From an uncultured Actinomycetes bacterium (GTDB lineage Bacteria > Actinomycetota > Thermoleophilia > UBA2241): 62,601 nucleotides of DNA. The position numbers were made by a program, and so were the translations under genes. Below, one piece after another: positions 27,458-36,926 of this stretch. Numbering within the stretch: position 1 is the first letter of the stretch; each line of letters starts with the position of its first letter. The notes below the pieces were generated by a model. It was not told where the DNA came from and ran no database searches. It saw only the letters and a list, made by a program, of their open reading frames with translations. The DNA lies in the NCBI GenBank assembly GCA_963767005.1, contig CAVYCN010000016.1, positions 1 to 62,601 of the forward strand. The letters are read 5' to 3'.

Positions 27458-27799
27458 ATGTCCGAGCAGTCCAGCGATCACGCCGCCGCCCAGCCGGCGG
27501 CGTGGCATGCCGAGGCGGCGCTCTGTCGGGTTCTCTCCGACGAGACCCGGCTCGGCATGCTCGCCGCCCTCGCGGCCGGCCCGTTGTCGGTCACGGAGCT
27601 CTGTCGGCGTCTCGGCCTGCCCCAGTCCACCGCCTCGCGCCACCTCAAGGTCCTCCGTGACCAGTCTCTGGTGGTCGCGACGCGTGACGCCCAGCGGGTG
27701 CTGTACCGCCTGCGGGACCGCCATCTGCTGAAAGTGATCGCCGTGCTCGACCGCTATCTCGCCTGGACCGGCGCCATGGGACGAGGAGCGCTCCCGTGA
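27458..27799 (+). CDS. ArsR-family regulator
   Basis: LSDETRL.ML..L...PLSVTEL...QSTASRHL. Confidence 0.85.
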   Translation: MSEQSSDHAAAQPAAWHAEAALCRVLSDETRLGMLAALAAGPLSVTELCRRLGLPQSTASRHLKVLRDQSLVVATRDAQRVLYRLRDRHLLKVIAVLDRYLAWTGAMGRGALP

Positions 27800-28512
27800 A
27801 CGAAGCCAGCAGCGACGGCGGCCGGCGCCTGGCGGAGGGCTGCATGGTGTGCGGCGCCACCCTTCTCTACGAGAGCACCCCGACGACCCAGAGCTGTCGC
27901 TACTGCGGCCGGCGCGAGTCGACCTTGATCCGCTGCCCGGCCGGGCACTTCGTCTGCGACGCGTGCCATGCGGCGCCGACCGCGGACCTCATCCGGCGCA
28001 CGCTCGCCGGCGCGACCGAGGTCGACCCCGCCGCGCTGCTCGAACGGGTCATGGCGCTGCCCGGCCTGCCCATGCACGGCGCCGAGCACCACGGCATCGT
28101 GCCCGGCGTGATCGTCGTCGCCGCGCGCAACGCCGGCGCGACGGTGCCGGCCGACGCACTCGACACGGTGCTGCGACGGGGCGCCAGGGTGCCGGGCGGC
28201 TGGTGCGGTTACTATGGCGCCTGTGGCGCCGCGGTGGGCGCCGGCATAGCCGTGAGCGCGCTGACGGGCGCCACGCCGCTCAAGGGCGAGGAGCGCTCGC
28301 TCGCGCTGGCCGCGACCGCGCAGGCCCTCGAGCGCATGCTCGATGGGCAGCCGCGCTGCTGCAAGCGGGCCTCGCGCCTGGCGATCGCGGCCGCCGTGGA
28401 GTTCCTGCGCGACCGGCTGGGCATCGATCTGCCCGCACCCGGCGCCGTCGTCTGCTCCTCTTCGGAGCGCAACAGGGAGTGCGCAGGCGCCGACTGCCCG
28501 TACTACACCTGA
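27796..28512 (+). CDS. Cys-rich DUF5714-like protein
   Basis: C..CG..L.Y, C..GHFVCD.CH, MHGAEHH, GGWCG..GACGA, RCCKR, CPYY. Confidence 0.8.
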   Translation: MNEASSDGGRRLAEGCMVCGATLLYESTPTTQSCRYCGRRESTLIRCPAGHFVCDACHAAPTADLIRRTLAGATEVDPAALLERVMALPGLPMHGAEHHGIVPGVIVVAARNAGATVPADALDTVLRRGARVPGGWCGYYGACGAAVGAGIAVSALTGATPLKGEERSLALAATAQALERMLDGQPRCCKRASRLAIAAAVEFLRDRLGIDLPAPGAVVCSSSERNRECAGADCPYYT

Positions 28513-28597
28513 GCGGCTCGTCGCCCGCAGGTCGGGCGGCGCCCCTCACCATCGCGGGCCTCCCTCCGCGTGCCCCCGAGGCCATGGCCGGCCCCCC

Positions 28598-28990
28598 TCA
28601 CAGCACGTGGCCGGTCAGTCCGATGGAGAGCACGATGAGCACGATCACGCTGAAGGTCACGTAGAGACGGTCACGCTGGACCGCGAAGGCACCGAGCGCG
28701 CAGAGCATGCGCGCCACCGGCGTGAGGACTAGCACGACCAGGCCGAGCGCGATGATGCCGATCGGGTCGAAGGCGGCCGCGCTGCGCACGATCGCGGCGG
28801 GAGTGCTGAACGTCTGGGCGGCGCCGAAGCTGTGGTAACGAGCGGCGGCGCCGGCGTGTTCGACCAGGTAGGCGACGCCGCCGGCTGCGACCAGCGCCGC
28901 GGCGGCGACCACACCGACGCGTAGCACGAGACCCATCGCGGCCTCCACCGCCCTGTCGTTCAGACGCTCGCCGCGGCCCGACCGCTTCAC
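28598..28990 (-). CDS. DUF1634 membrane protein
   Basis: Typical TauE partner. LRVGV...GIIALGL.VL..TPVAR. Confidence 0.8.
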   Translation of the reverse strand: MKRSGRGERLNDRAVEAAMGLVLRVGVVAAAALVAAGGVAYLVEHAGAAARYHSFGAAQTFSTPAAIVRSAAAFDPIGIIALGLVVLVLTPVARMLCALGAFAVQRDRLYVTFSVIVLIVLSIGLTGHVL

Positions 28991-29820
28991 AGGTGCAGCC
29001 CCGTGACGATCATCTCAGCGCCGAGCGCCAGGATGGCGACGGCAAAGACGAGGCGCAGCAGGCGGACCCGCGCGCCGATCAGCAACCGCGCGCCGACCAG
29101 CGAGCCCGCGAGCACGCCGAGCACCACGGGCATGGCGAGTCCCGGGGCGATGAAGCCGCGGCGCAGGTAGACGCCGGCGCTCGCGGCAGCGGTCACCCCG
29201 ATCATGAAGTTGCTCGTCGTCGTGGAGACCTTGAATGGCAGACGCATCGCCTGGTCCATGGCCAGCACCTTGACCGCGCCGGAGCCGATGCCCAGCAGGC
29301 CCGAGAGCACGCCGGCGATCGCCATGATGCCGAAGCCGAGCGGCACGCGCCGCGGCGTGTAGGTGACCTCGCCGCTCGACGTCGGGTAGCTGCCGGCCAG
29401 GCGCAGACGATGCGCGAGACTGTCGCCTGTGGCGACGGCGTCGCCGGCCTGCTCGTGGATCGTCACCGTCAGGTAGACCGAGACGAGCAGGACGAGGCCG
29501 AAAACGACCTCGATGGCCGCCCCCGGCAGCATCGCGGTGACACTCGCCCCGACGATCGCCCCGGCGGTCGTCGCCACCACGAGGAACGTGCCCGCTCGCA
29601 TGTTGGTGAAGCCCTCCTTCAGGTACGCGGCCGCGGCCCCCGACGAGGTGGCGATGACCGAGACGAGCGACGCACCGATCGCGTAGTGGATGTCGACGCC
29701 GAGCGCCACGGTGAGCAGCGGTACGATGACCACTCCTCCGCCGAGACCGGTCAGCGCGCCGAGCAGGCCCGCGCACAGGGAGCCGGCGAAGACGATGGCG
29801 GTGAAGGCGAGCACGCTCAT
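28987..29820 (-). CDS. TauE/SafE sulfite exporter family
   Basis: GLGGGVVIVP, GIGSGAVKV, TTTSNFMIGVT. Confidence 0.9.
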   Translation of the reverse strand: MSVLAFTAIVFAGSLCAGLLGALTGLGGGVVIVPLLTVALGVDIHYAIGASLVSVIATSSGAAAAYLKEGFTNMRAGTFLVVATTAGAIVGASVTAMLPGAAIEVVFGLVLLVSVYLTVTIHEQAGDAVATGDSLAHRLRLAGSYPTSSGEVTYTPRRVPLGFGIMAIAGVLSGLLGIGSGAVKVLAMDQAMRLPFKVSTTTSNFMIGVTAAASAGVYLRRGFIAPGLAMPVVLGVLAGSLVGARLLIGARVRLLRLVFAVAILALGAEMIVTGLHL

Positions 29821-29888
29821 GCCTGCGCCACCCTTACCGGCACGGTGCGCGCCACGCTCCCGCCGGCCGCCGACCGCACGCGTCCCGC

Positions 29889-31010
29889 TCAGCCATGCAG
29901 AGCCGCCTGGAGGACGAGGCTACTCAACGCCACGGTCGCCCAGAGCACGGCGCCCAGGGCGAGCGGGCGCAACCCGGCCGCCTTGAGCTGCCTCGGCTGG
30001 ACCGAGAGACCGATCGCGGCCAGTGCCATCGTGATCAGGAAGAGCGCCCCGGACGACATCGGAGCATGCAAGGAGTGCGGGATCAGACCGAGGCTGTTCA
30101 GAGCGGCGCTCACGAGGAAGCCAACCAGGAACCAGGGGACGAGCTGCGCGAGGCGAGGGCGCGCGCCGGCCGCCGGCTCCCAGCCGGCCGAGTCCGGCCC
30201 CTTGGCCGACGCGCCTGACTGGCCGGCGAGCGACGCGCCGCCGCGGCGGCGCGGGCCCAGGGCGAGAGCGAACGTGATCGGGATGATCATCAGGGTGCGG
30301 GTGAGCTTCACGACGACGCCGTAATCGCCCGCGGCGTGGCCGTAGCTGTACGCGGCGGCGACGACCGAGCTCGTGTCGTTGACGGCGGTGCCCGCCCACA
30401 GACCGAAGGCGTGCTGGGAGAGCCCGAACAGGTGCCCGATCGTCGGGTAGGTCAGGACGGCGATCACGTTGAAGGCGAAGATCGTGCTGATCGCGTAGGC
30501 GACCTCGGATTCGGCGGCGCCGATCACCGCCGTCGTGGCGGCGATCGCCGAGGCGCCGCAGATGCCAGTGCCAACGCCGATCAACGTCCGCAAGGCGCCG
30601 TCGACGCCGAGCAGCCGGCCCGCCCCCCAGGCGACCAGGAGCGCCAGCGAGAGCGTGCCGAGCATCACCGGCAGCGAGGAGAGCCCGGTGCGAGCGATCT
30701 CGGCCAGCGAGAGACCGCTACCCAGCAGGACGATCGAAAGCTGGAGCACGATGCGGCTGCTGAATGCGATGCCCGGGGCCATCCGCGCGGCGCGCAGGCG
30801 CGGGCCCCCCAGGCCCGCGACGAGCACCCCGAAGACGATGCCGAACACCGGCCCGCCGATCACCGGCACGAGGTGTGCCAACAGGGTGGCGAGTGCGGCT
30901 ATGACGACGCACGCCACGAGACCGGGCAGCAAGGCCAGCCAGGCCGCCGGGCGACCCGCGGCCGGCTCCAGCGTCATGGTCGGAGCGTCAGCCGCAGCGG
31001 GCGTGGTCAC
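29889..31010 (-). CDS. YeiH/UPF0324 putative sulfate exporter
   Basis: GTGICGASAIAA, GTAVNDTSSV, VKLTR. Confidence 0.9.
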   Translation of the reverse strand: MTTPAAADAPTMTLEPAAGRPAAWLALLPGLVACVVIAALATLLAHLVPVIGGPVFGIVFGVLVAGLGGPRLRAARMAPGIAFSSRIVLQLSIVLLGSGLSLAEIARTGLSSLPVMLGTLSLALLVAWGAGRLLGVDGALRTLIGVGTGICGASAIAATTAVIGAAESEVAYAISTIFAFNVIAVLTYPTIGHLFGLSQHAFGLWAGTAVNDTSSVVAAAYSYGHAAGDYGVVVKLTRTLMIIPITFALALGPRRRGGASLAGQSGASAKGPDSAGWEPAAGARPRLAQLVPWFLVGFLVSAALNSLGLIPHSLHAPMSSGALFLITMALAAIGLSVQPRQLKAAGLRPLALGAVLWATVALSSLVLQAALHG

Positions 31011-31076
31011 TCGAGAGGCCTCAGGGGCGATGGTGGGACGATCGGATCACCCAGCCAGTATGTTGAGACGGTTCCC

Positions 31077-31122
31077 ATCAGTCCAACGCATTGTCCTTGG
31101 TCGCATCATCAGTAGAATTGAT
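31077..31122. promoter_or_regulatory. LysR T-N11-A boxes in a divergent promoter
   Basis: ATCA-N7-TGAT at 31108-31122 and a similar box at 31077-31091. Confidence 0.55.
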
Positions 31123-31125
31123 TTC

Positions 31126-32013
31126 ATGGCCGTCACCGTCCGCCAGCTCGAGGTCTTCGCCACCGTCGCCCGCCTGGGCAGTGTGACGCGCGGCGCCGAG
31201 CGCCTGCACCTCACGCAGTCGGCGGCCAGCATGTCGCTCAGACAACTCGAGCGTGCCCTCGACGGGCCCCTGTTCGCGCGGGTCGGGCGGGGCCTTGTGC
31301 TGAACGACCGCGGACGGGCGCTGCTGCCGCGCGTCGAGAGCCTGCTCGCCGAGCTTGCCGAGCTCGAAGAGGTCGGGCGCGGTGCGGGCTCCGCGCCCGC
31401 CGGCGAGCTGCTCATCGGCTGCTCGACGACGATCGGCAACTACCTGATGCCGGCCCTGATCAAGGCGTTCAACGACAGCTACGTCAACGTCGTCGTCCAC
31501 CTGCGGGTCGGCCTCACCGACGAGGTCGCTACGGCGCTCTGCAACGGCCTGGTCGACGGCGGTCTGGTGGAAGGCGAGGTGGCCGACCCACGCTTGCGCG
31601 TGGAGCCCTGGCTGCGCGACGAGCTCGTCTGCATCGCCGCCCCGGGGAGCCCCCTCGCCTCACGCGACGAGATGACGGCCGTTGAGCTCGCGGACCGACC
31701 CTGGGTGCTGCGCGAACAGGGCTCGGGGACACGCAGCACGGTCGCGGCCGCCTTTGCCCGCGAAGGCCTGCGCCTGGCGCATGGCTACGAGCTGGGGCCG
31801 ACGCCGGCGGTCAAGAGTGCCGTGGCAGCGGGTATGGGGGTGAGCTGCCTCTCGCGTACCGCCGTCGCGCTGGAGCTCGCCAGCGGGACGCTTGTCGAAG
31901 TGCGCACGTCGCTGCACATCGAACGCTGGTTTCACATTCTGACACGCCGCAACGAACGGCCCAGCCGGTTGCTCACGACCTTCCTCGACCGGCTTCGGGA
32001 CAGGGCGCGCTGA
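31126..32013 (+). CDS. LysR regulator (YeiE/CysL-like)
   Basis: LHLTQSAAS, STTIGNY, REQGSGTR. Confidence 0.9.
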   Translation: MAVTVRQLEVFATVARLGSVTRGAERLHLTQSAASMSLRQLERALDGPLFARVGRGLVLNDRGRALLPRVESLLAELAELEEVGRGAGSAPAGELLIGCSTTIGNYLMPALIKAFNDSYVNVVVHLRVGLTDEVATALCNGLVDGGLVEGEVADPRLRVEPWLRDELVCIAAPGSPLASRDEMTAVELADRPWVLREQGSGTRSTVAAAFAREGLRLAHGYELGPTPAVKSAVAAGMGVSCLSRTAVALELASGTLVEVRTSLHIERWFHILTRRNERPSRLLTTFLDRLRDRAR

Positions 32014-32095
32014 CCGGCCGCAGGGCGGCCGCGCTGCAGGTCCCACCATCCGCCCGCCCAGGTCGCACAGCGGCTCGGCGCGGGCGTGTCCAGCG

Positions 32096-32422
32096 TTACG
32101 CTTTGACGATCTCGATCGCGACGTCGGCCGGCAGGGCCAGGCCGGCCGCCACACGCAGCGCCTTGAGCGCCGCGGCCGGCACGATACAGTCGATGCAGAC
32201 ACCGGTACCGCTACCTGGGGTCAGCAGCCGGCTGGGCACCCGCGGATCGATCTCGGCGTAGGCGTCGAGCGGCTCGTCGGCGGCCAGGCGGGCCGCGTAG
32301 CGCTCGATGTTGTCGCAGGTCGTCTCGACGGCGAACGACACGGCCCGGCCGTCGCTCGTCTCAGCCCGCAGTGTGGTGTCGTGGCCGCAGATACCGGCCT
32401 TCACGTGCGCGGTGCCGTTCAT
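32096..32422 (-). CDS. Conserved Cys-containing hypothetical protein (DUF6951-like)
   Basis: GICGH.T...TTC...CIVP...KA..VAAGLALP.DV.I. Confidence 0.7.
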   Translation of the reverse strand: MNGTAHVKAGICGHDTTLRAETSDGRAVSFAVETTCDNIERYAARLAADEPLDAYAEIDPRVPSRLLTPGSGTGVCIDCIVPAAALKALRVAAGLALPADVAIEIVKA

Positions 32423-32461
32423 GCGATGCGTCGTCCTTTCACGGTCCGTACTGGTCGAGGG

Positions 32462-33085
32462 TCAGCGGCGCGCATGCGCGGCCTGTCGTGCCGCGGCCGT
32501 GACGCACGGCCTGGCCGCCACCAGGGCGAGATGGTACGGCAACAGTGTGCCCGGCTCGTGGGCCGCGCGCTCGTCGAGGCCCATGCCGGCCACGATCTCG
32601 CGCACCCGCCCGAGACCGAGGACATGCCCCGGCGGCGGCCCCACGGGCCGCTCGACGTCGGCCCAGTCGACGACCACGAACAGGCCGCCGGGGCGCAGCA
32701 GGCGCGTGACCTGGGCGAGCGCCGCGGGCTGGTCGTAGAGATGGTGCAGCACGTCGACCATCACCACCCGGTCGGCGACGCCGTCGGGCGCCGGCACCTC
32801 GTTCGCGGCGGTCTCGACGACCTCGACCCGGGCGGCGAGCTCGGAGGTGAGTCTGGCGCGCAGCGCGTCGGCCAGCTCGGCCAGCGCCTCGACTGCGATC
32901 AGCCGCCCGCGCGGCAGCGCCGCCGCCATGGCGACGCTGTAGACACCGGTGCCGGCGCCGTAGTCGACCACGGTCTCGTCGCCGGCGAGGCGCAGCAGCG
33001 ACACGACGACGGCCGGCGGCAGGGCCTCGAGGCGCTCCGCCGCCTCGAGGTTGTGCGCATGCGTGGGGTCGAACGCGTCGGCCAT
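32462..33085 (-). CDS. Class I SAM-dependent methyltransferase
   Basis: DYGAGTG, LRPGG, GPP. Confidence 0.85.
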   Translation of the reverse strand: MADAFDPTHAHNLEAAERLEALPPAVVVSLLRLAGDETVVDYGAGTGVYSVAMAAALPRGRLIAVEALAELADALRARLTSELAARVEVVETAANEVPAPDGVADRVVMVDVLHHLYDQPAALAQVTRLLRPGGLFVVVDWADVERPVGPPPGHVLGLGRVREIVAGMGLDERAAHEPGTLLPYHLALVAARPCVTAAARQAAHARR

Positions 33086-33513
33086 CAGCCGAGGGCCGCC
33101 ACGACCCGAGCGAAGCGCAAAGCGACCTCGCCGGCGACGGCGTCGAGCACGGGATTCTCGATCCCGCCGAGCATGCTGCGCGGGTCGACGGCGCGCACCA
33201 GGACGGCCGGGCCGTCCTCGTAGACGACCACGTTGCAGGGCAGGAACACGCCGAGGTCGGGCTCGGCCTCGAGGGCCTTGTGGGCGAGCGGCGGGTTGCA
33301 GGCGCCGATGATCAGGTAGCGGCCGCGCTCGACGCCGAGCTTCTCGCGCAGCGTCGCCTGCACGTCGATCTCGCACAGCACGCCGAAGCCCTCGTCCTTG
33401 AGCGCCGCCTTCACGCTCGCCACGACCTCGTCGAACGGCGCCTGCAGGGTCGTGCCGATGGCGTAGTCGGGCACCGGCGCGACGCCGTCGCGGGCCGTCT
33501 TCTCAGCGGCCAT
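33085..33513 (-). CDS. DUF302 protein
   Basis: GFGVL.EID, GACNP, LPCNVVV. Confidence 0.9.
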   Translation of the reverse strand: MAAEKTARDGVAPVPDYAIGTTLQAPFDEVVASVKAALKDEGFGVLCEIDVQATLREKLGVERGRYLIIGACNPPLAHKALEAEPDLGVFLPCNVVVYEDGPAVLVRAVDPRSMLGGIENPVLDAVAGEVALRFARVVAALG

Positions 33514-33917
33514 CAGACGGCCACCGGTGCGACGGTCGTGATCTCGAACGACGGCGGCCGCTGGAGATGCTTCTTCACCGCGCAGAGGTTCATGGCATTC
33601 ACGATAGCGTCACGGTACTTGTCGGGGAAGCCGGCCGGCAAGCGCAGCTCCAGGTCGATGCGGCCGATCATGCCGGACGCGGGGTCGACGTGTGGCCGCA
33701 GCGTGAGCTCGGAGCCGGCCGGGTCGAGGCCGCGCTGCTGCATGAAGCCGAGCGCGTAGATGCCGGCGCAGGTCCCGATCGACGCGAGGAACAGGTCGAA
33801 CGGCGCGGGCGCCGAGTCGTCGCCACCGCCGCCGGCCGGCTGGTCGGTCTTGACCGTGAACCCCGCCCAGTCGGCGTAGACCCGCTTGCCGCCCGGAAAG
33901 TACACCCTCATCTCCAT
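33513..33917 (-). CDS. OsmC-family protein
   Basis: TDQP..GGG..SAP.PFDLFLAS.GTCAG...CAVKKH. Confidence 0.9.
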   Translation of the reverse strand: MEMRVYFPGGKRVYADWAGFTVKTDQPAGGGGDDSAPAPFDLFLASIGTCAGIYALGFMQQRGLDPAGSELTLRPHVDPASGMIGRIDLELRLPAGFPDKYRDAIVNAMNLCAVKKHLQRPPSFEITTVAPVAV

Positions 33918-33965
33918 CACGCCGCTCCTTCTTGGTCGCCGCCCCCGCTGAGGCGTATCGCGACG

Positions 33966-33999
33966 ATTGCCATGTTGCGAAATTTCGAAACTCGGCAAT
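33966..33999. promoter_or_regulatory. Palindromic operator in the divergent osmC/arsR promoter
   Basis: attgcc..gttgcgaaatttcgaaac..ggcaat. Confidence 0.65.
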
Positions 34000-34008
34000 A
34001 ATAGCGCC

Positions 34009-34335
34009 GTGGACACTGACCGACAACGCTACGCCCTGCACGCCGCGGTCTTCGCGGCGCTCGCCAACCCTACCCGGCACGAGCTCATGCACCATCTCTG
34101 CGCCGGACCCCGCACCCCGAGCGAGCTGGCCGACCTGCTCGACGTGAGCCGGCCGAACGTCTCGCAGCACCTCGCCGTGCTGCAGCGCGAGGGCCTCGTG
34201 CGGCGCACGCACGAGGACGGACGGGTGCTCTGGGGCGTCGTCGATCGCCGCCTGTCGCAAGCGTGCGCGCTGATCGACGAGATCCTCGGACACGAGCTGG
34301 CCGAGCGCGCCCGGGCGCTCGCCCAGAACGGCTGA
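34009..34335 (+). CDS. ArsR-family regulator
   Basis: FAALANPTR...NVSQHL...AC. GTG start 34009. Confidence 0.85.
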   Translation: MDTDRQRYALHAAVFAALANPTRHELMHHLCAGPRTPSELADLLDVSRPNVSQHLAVLQREGLVRRTHEDGRVLWGVVDRRLSQACALIDEILGHELAERARALAQNG

Positions 34336-34400
34336 AAGGCAAGGCAGGCCACCATGTCCCACCCCTCGTTCACCCTCAGCACGACCCGGGGCGAGCTCTG

Positions 34401-34613
34401 ATGGCCGAGGTCGACCTCGTCTGCCGCGACTGCGAGCACGCCTTCCGGATCGTGACGCGCGTCACCGGCGTCGGCATCAAGGAACGCCAGAAGCAGTGTC
34501 CGGCCTGCGGCTCGCACGACGTGCGGCAGAGCTTCGCCAGCTACCTGCGCAACGGCCCGCTGTCGAGCCCCGGCTGCGGCGCGGGTCGCACGAGCTACGG
34601 CTGAGGGCGCTAG
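34401..34613 (+). CDS. FmdB-type zinc-ribbon protein, probable selenoprotein (UGA 34602-34604, ending SYG-U-GR)
   Basis: CRDC...CPACGSHDVRQ. UGA GGG CGC TAG followed by a SECIS-like hairpin. Confidence 0.8.
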
Positions 34614-34616
34614 CCC

Positions 34617-34634
34617 GCGGCGCGGTCGCGCCGC
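34617..34634 (+). promoter_or_regulatory. Putative bacterial SECIS element
   Basis: gcggcgc-GGTC-gcgccgc, 12 nt after the UGA. Confidence 0.7.
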
Positions 34635-34647
34635 ACCACGAGACCGC

Positions 34648-34980
34648 TCAGCTCCGGCGCCGCCGCGGCCCCGCTTCGGTGCGCCGCGGCACGAGGAACT
34701 CGCCGCGACTGTAGCTCGCCGGGATGTCCTCGGTGCCGCGCAGCAGACCGGGCACGGCCCTGGGCTCGACCTCGAAGCCGCGCGAGCACACCGGGCACAT
34801 GATCACATACGACGACTCGACCGGCACGAGCGGCAGACCGCACACGGTCAGCCAGCGCTGGGTCTGCACCACCGCCCAGGGCGCGTCGACCGCGCAGGAC
34901 GCGCACACCCGCGATGACGTCTTGCCGCGCAGGCGCACCGTCTTGTGACCCCGGCGCCGTATGACCGCTTCCACTCCCAC
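34648..34980 (-). CDS. Zinc-ribbon domain protein
   Basis: CASC...W.T...LPL.P....Y...CPVC. Confidence 0.7.
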   Translation of the reverse strand: MGVEAVIRRRGHKTVRLRGKTSSRVCASCAVDAPWAVVQTQRWLTVCGLPLVPVESSYVIMCPVCSRGFEVEPRAVPGLLRGTEDIPASYSRGEFLVPRRTEAGPRRRRS

Positions 34981-35130
34981 ACCGTAAGCTTACAGGGCAA
35001 CGCGGGGGCGGGCGCGCGTTGCCTGACCAGGCAACGCGCGCCCGCCCCCGCTCTCAGCTTCGTATCAGGCGGTCGTTGCCAGAGGAGGCTACGGAGGTTG
35101 ACCCACGGCGCGGCCAGGGGCCGACCGTTG

Positions 35131-35640
35131 TCAGTCGAGGCAACGGTCGCGCAGAGCCATGCGGGCGTGGATGCGCGCCATGACGGCGGGCGAGGTGAGG
35201 ACGCAGGCGACCATCGCCGCGGCGATCCCGGTCGGCACCAGCAGGATGCCGCCCAGGGTGTCGATGAAGAGGCCGAGGCCGGGACGCAGCGGGTCCCACA
35301 CGTGCCAGCCCGCCGAGAAGCACACCAGCGTGATGGCGACGCCGGCTGCCGATACCCCCAGGCACGGCAACGCGGCGAGCCGCGACGGCCGCACGAGCAC
35401 CATGACCGCGCCGATCGCGACCACGGCGAGCGCCAGGGCGAGCACCGGCCCGCCCCACGGCGTGGCCAGGGCCGCGTTCACGCCGCGCGCGGCGTTCGGG
35501 CTCAGGTTGACGTTGTGGCCGGTCGAGAGGTTGGCCCAGGGCAGGAACACGCCGGCCGTGACGGCGCTGCCGAGCGTCAGCGTGACGACGCCGTCGCCGA
35601 CCCAGTCGGCGCGCGAGAACCCGCGCCGCAGCACTCGCAT
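35131..35640 (-). CDS. Hypothetical membrane protein
   Basis: Four TM segments, FLPW motif, GGAGG RBS. Confidence 0.7.
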   Translation of the reverse strand: MRVLRRGFSRADWVGDGVVTLTLGSAVTAGVFLPWANLSTGHNVNLSPNAARGVNAALATPWGGPVLALALAVVAIGAVMVLVRPSRLAALPCLGVSAAGVAITLVCFSAGWHVWDPLRPGLGLFIDTLGGILLVPTGIAAAMVACVLTSPAVMARIHARMALRDRCLD

Positions 35641-35725
35641 TCGACCTCCCCTCGGTTGCCCGGACCCTGTCTGTATCGGCGCAGGCCTCTGATATCCTCA
35701 GTACCTTCCCGGGCATCGTAATGAC

Positions 35726-36190
35726 GTGAGCGACCACCACTTTCCACGCGACGAGTACTTCATGCGCCTCGCGCTGCGCGAGGCCGTGCGCGCGGGCAAG
35801 CAGGGCGACGTGCCGATCGGCGCCGTCGTGACCTTCCAGGGCGAGATCATCGGCGCGGCCGGCAACGAGCGCGAGCTGCGCCAGAGCCCCACGGCGCACG
35901 CCGAGATCCTGGCGATCGAGCAGGCCGCCCGCCGCATCGGCCACTGGCGCCTGCTCGACACGGTGATCTACGTGACGATCGAGCCCTGCCCGATGTGCGC
36001 CGGCGCGATCGTGCTGGCGCGCATCCCCCGCCTGGTCTACGGCGCGCCCGACGAGAAGGCCGGCGCCACCGGCACGCTGTTCGACATCGTGCGCGACCCC
36101 CGTCTGAACCATTCGGTCGAGGTCGTCGGCGGGGTGCTCGAGGACGAGTCGGTCGAGCTCCTCCAGGACTTCTTCAAACAGCGGCGCTGA
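35726..36190 (+). CDS. tadA: tRNA adenosine(34) deaminase
   Basis: AHAE, EPCPMC, LNH. Confidence 0.95.
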   Translation: MSDHHFPRDEYFMRLALREAVRAGKQGDVPIGAVVTFQGEIIGAAGNERELRQSPTAHAEILAIEQAARRIGHWRLLDTVIYVTIEPCPMCAGAIVLARIPRLVYGAPDEKAGATGTLFDIVRDPRLNHSVEVVGGVLEDESVELLQDFFKQRR

Positions 36191-36320
36191 GCCGGCCGGC
36201 AGGCGCCGGGCGCTCAGGGGCGCGGCGTCCGGCTTGGCCCTTGCCGCGCGGCGCTACGCCCTCTGCGCGCCGCACACCCTGCGGTATACTGACGCCTTGC
36301 CGACCCGGTCGGGCGAGCGC

Positions 36321-36414
36321 GGAGAGGTGTCCGAGCTGGCTCAAGGAGCGCGACTGGAAATCGCGTAGGCGGGGGTAACCTGTCTCGTGGGTTCGAATCC
36401 CACCCTCTCCGCCA
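36321..36414 (+). tRNA. tRNA-Ser(GGA)
   Basis: GGAGAGG/CCTCTCC acceptor, ctGGAaa loop, long variable arm, CCA. Confidence 0.95.
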
Positions 36415-36446
36415 TCCACGCACCGACCGCTCGGCGGCACGCCCGC

Positions 36447-36539
36447 GGAGAGGTGGCTGAGCTGGCTGAAAGCGGCGGTCTCGAAAACCGTTAAGCGTCG
36501 TTTGGCGCTTCGAGGGTTCGAATCCCTCCCTCTCCGCCA
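36447..36539 (+). tRNA. tRNA-Ser(CGA)
   Basis: GGAGAGG acceptor, ctCGAaa loop, long variable arm, CCA. Confidence 0.95.
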
Positions 36540-36644
36540 TGTGCAGCACGTTTCGCCCCCCTGATCGCAGACGACTGCCGCCACGCCACCACCCGAGCTT
36601 CACTCGGCGCGACGAGGTGCCGACACAGCCGGTGGAGGAGGGAG

Positions 36645-36926
36645 ATGTCTCTACCGGTGGCATACGTGGCGTCCGTCCTGCTGGTCGCAGGCTGCCTGGC
36701 CCTCGGCATGAAGCTGTGGGGAGTCCGGCTCCGGTGGGTCGACGTCCTCCTCATCGCCGGGCTGTGCTGCGCGATCGCCCCGTTGCCAAGGGCCGGCTGG
36801 GCCCTCGCGACGCTCGTGATGGGGCTCCTCCTCGTGAAGGTGAAGGACATGGAGCTCTGGCCGGACACCCTGGTCCTGGTGATCGCGGCGAACGTCGTGT
36901 GGATGGTGACGTTCGGGGTGCCTTAG
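36645..36926 (+). CDS. Small hypothetical membrane protein
   Basis: GGAGG RBS. Hydrophobic sequence. Confidence 0.65.
   Translation: MSLPVAYVASVLLVAGCLALGMKLWGVRLRWVDVLLIAGLCCAIAPLPRAGWALATLVMGLLLVKVKDMELWPDTLVLVIAANVVWMVTFGVP

Noticed and set aside
28510-28545. Sec read-through of the DUF5714 gene (UGA followed by a hairpin with AGGTC)
   Set aside because: The protein already ends in a plausible CPYY terminus, and read-through runs into the convergent gene. The hairpin is more likely a terminator.
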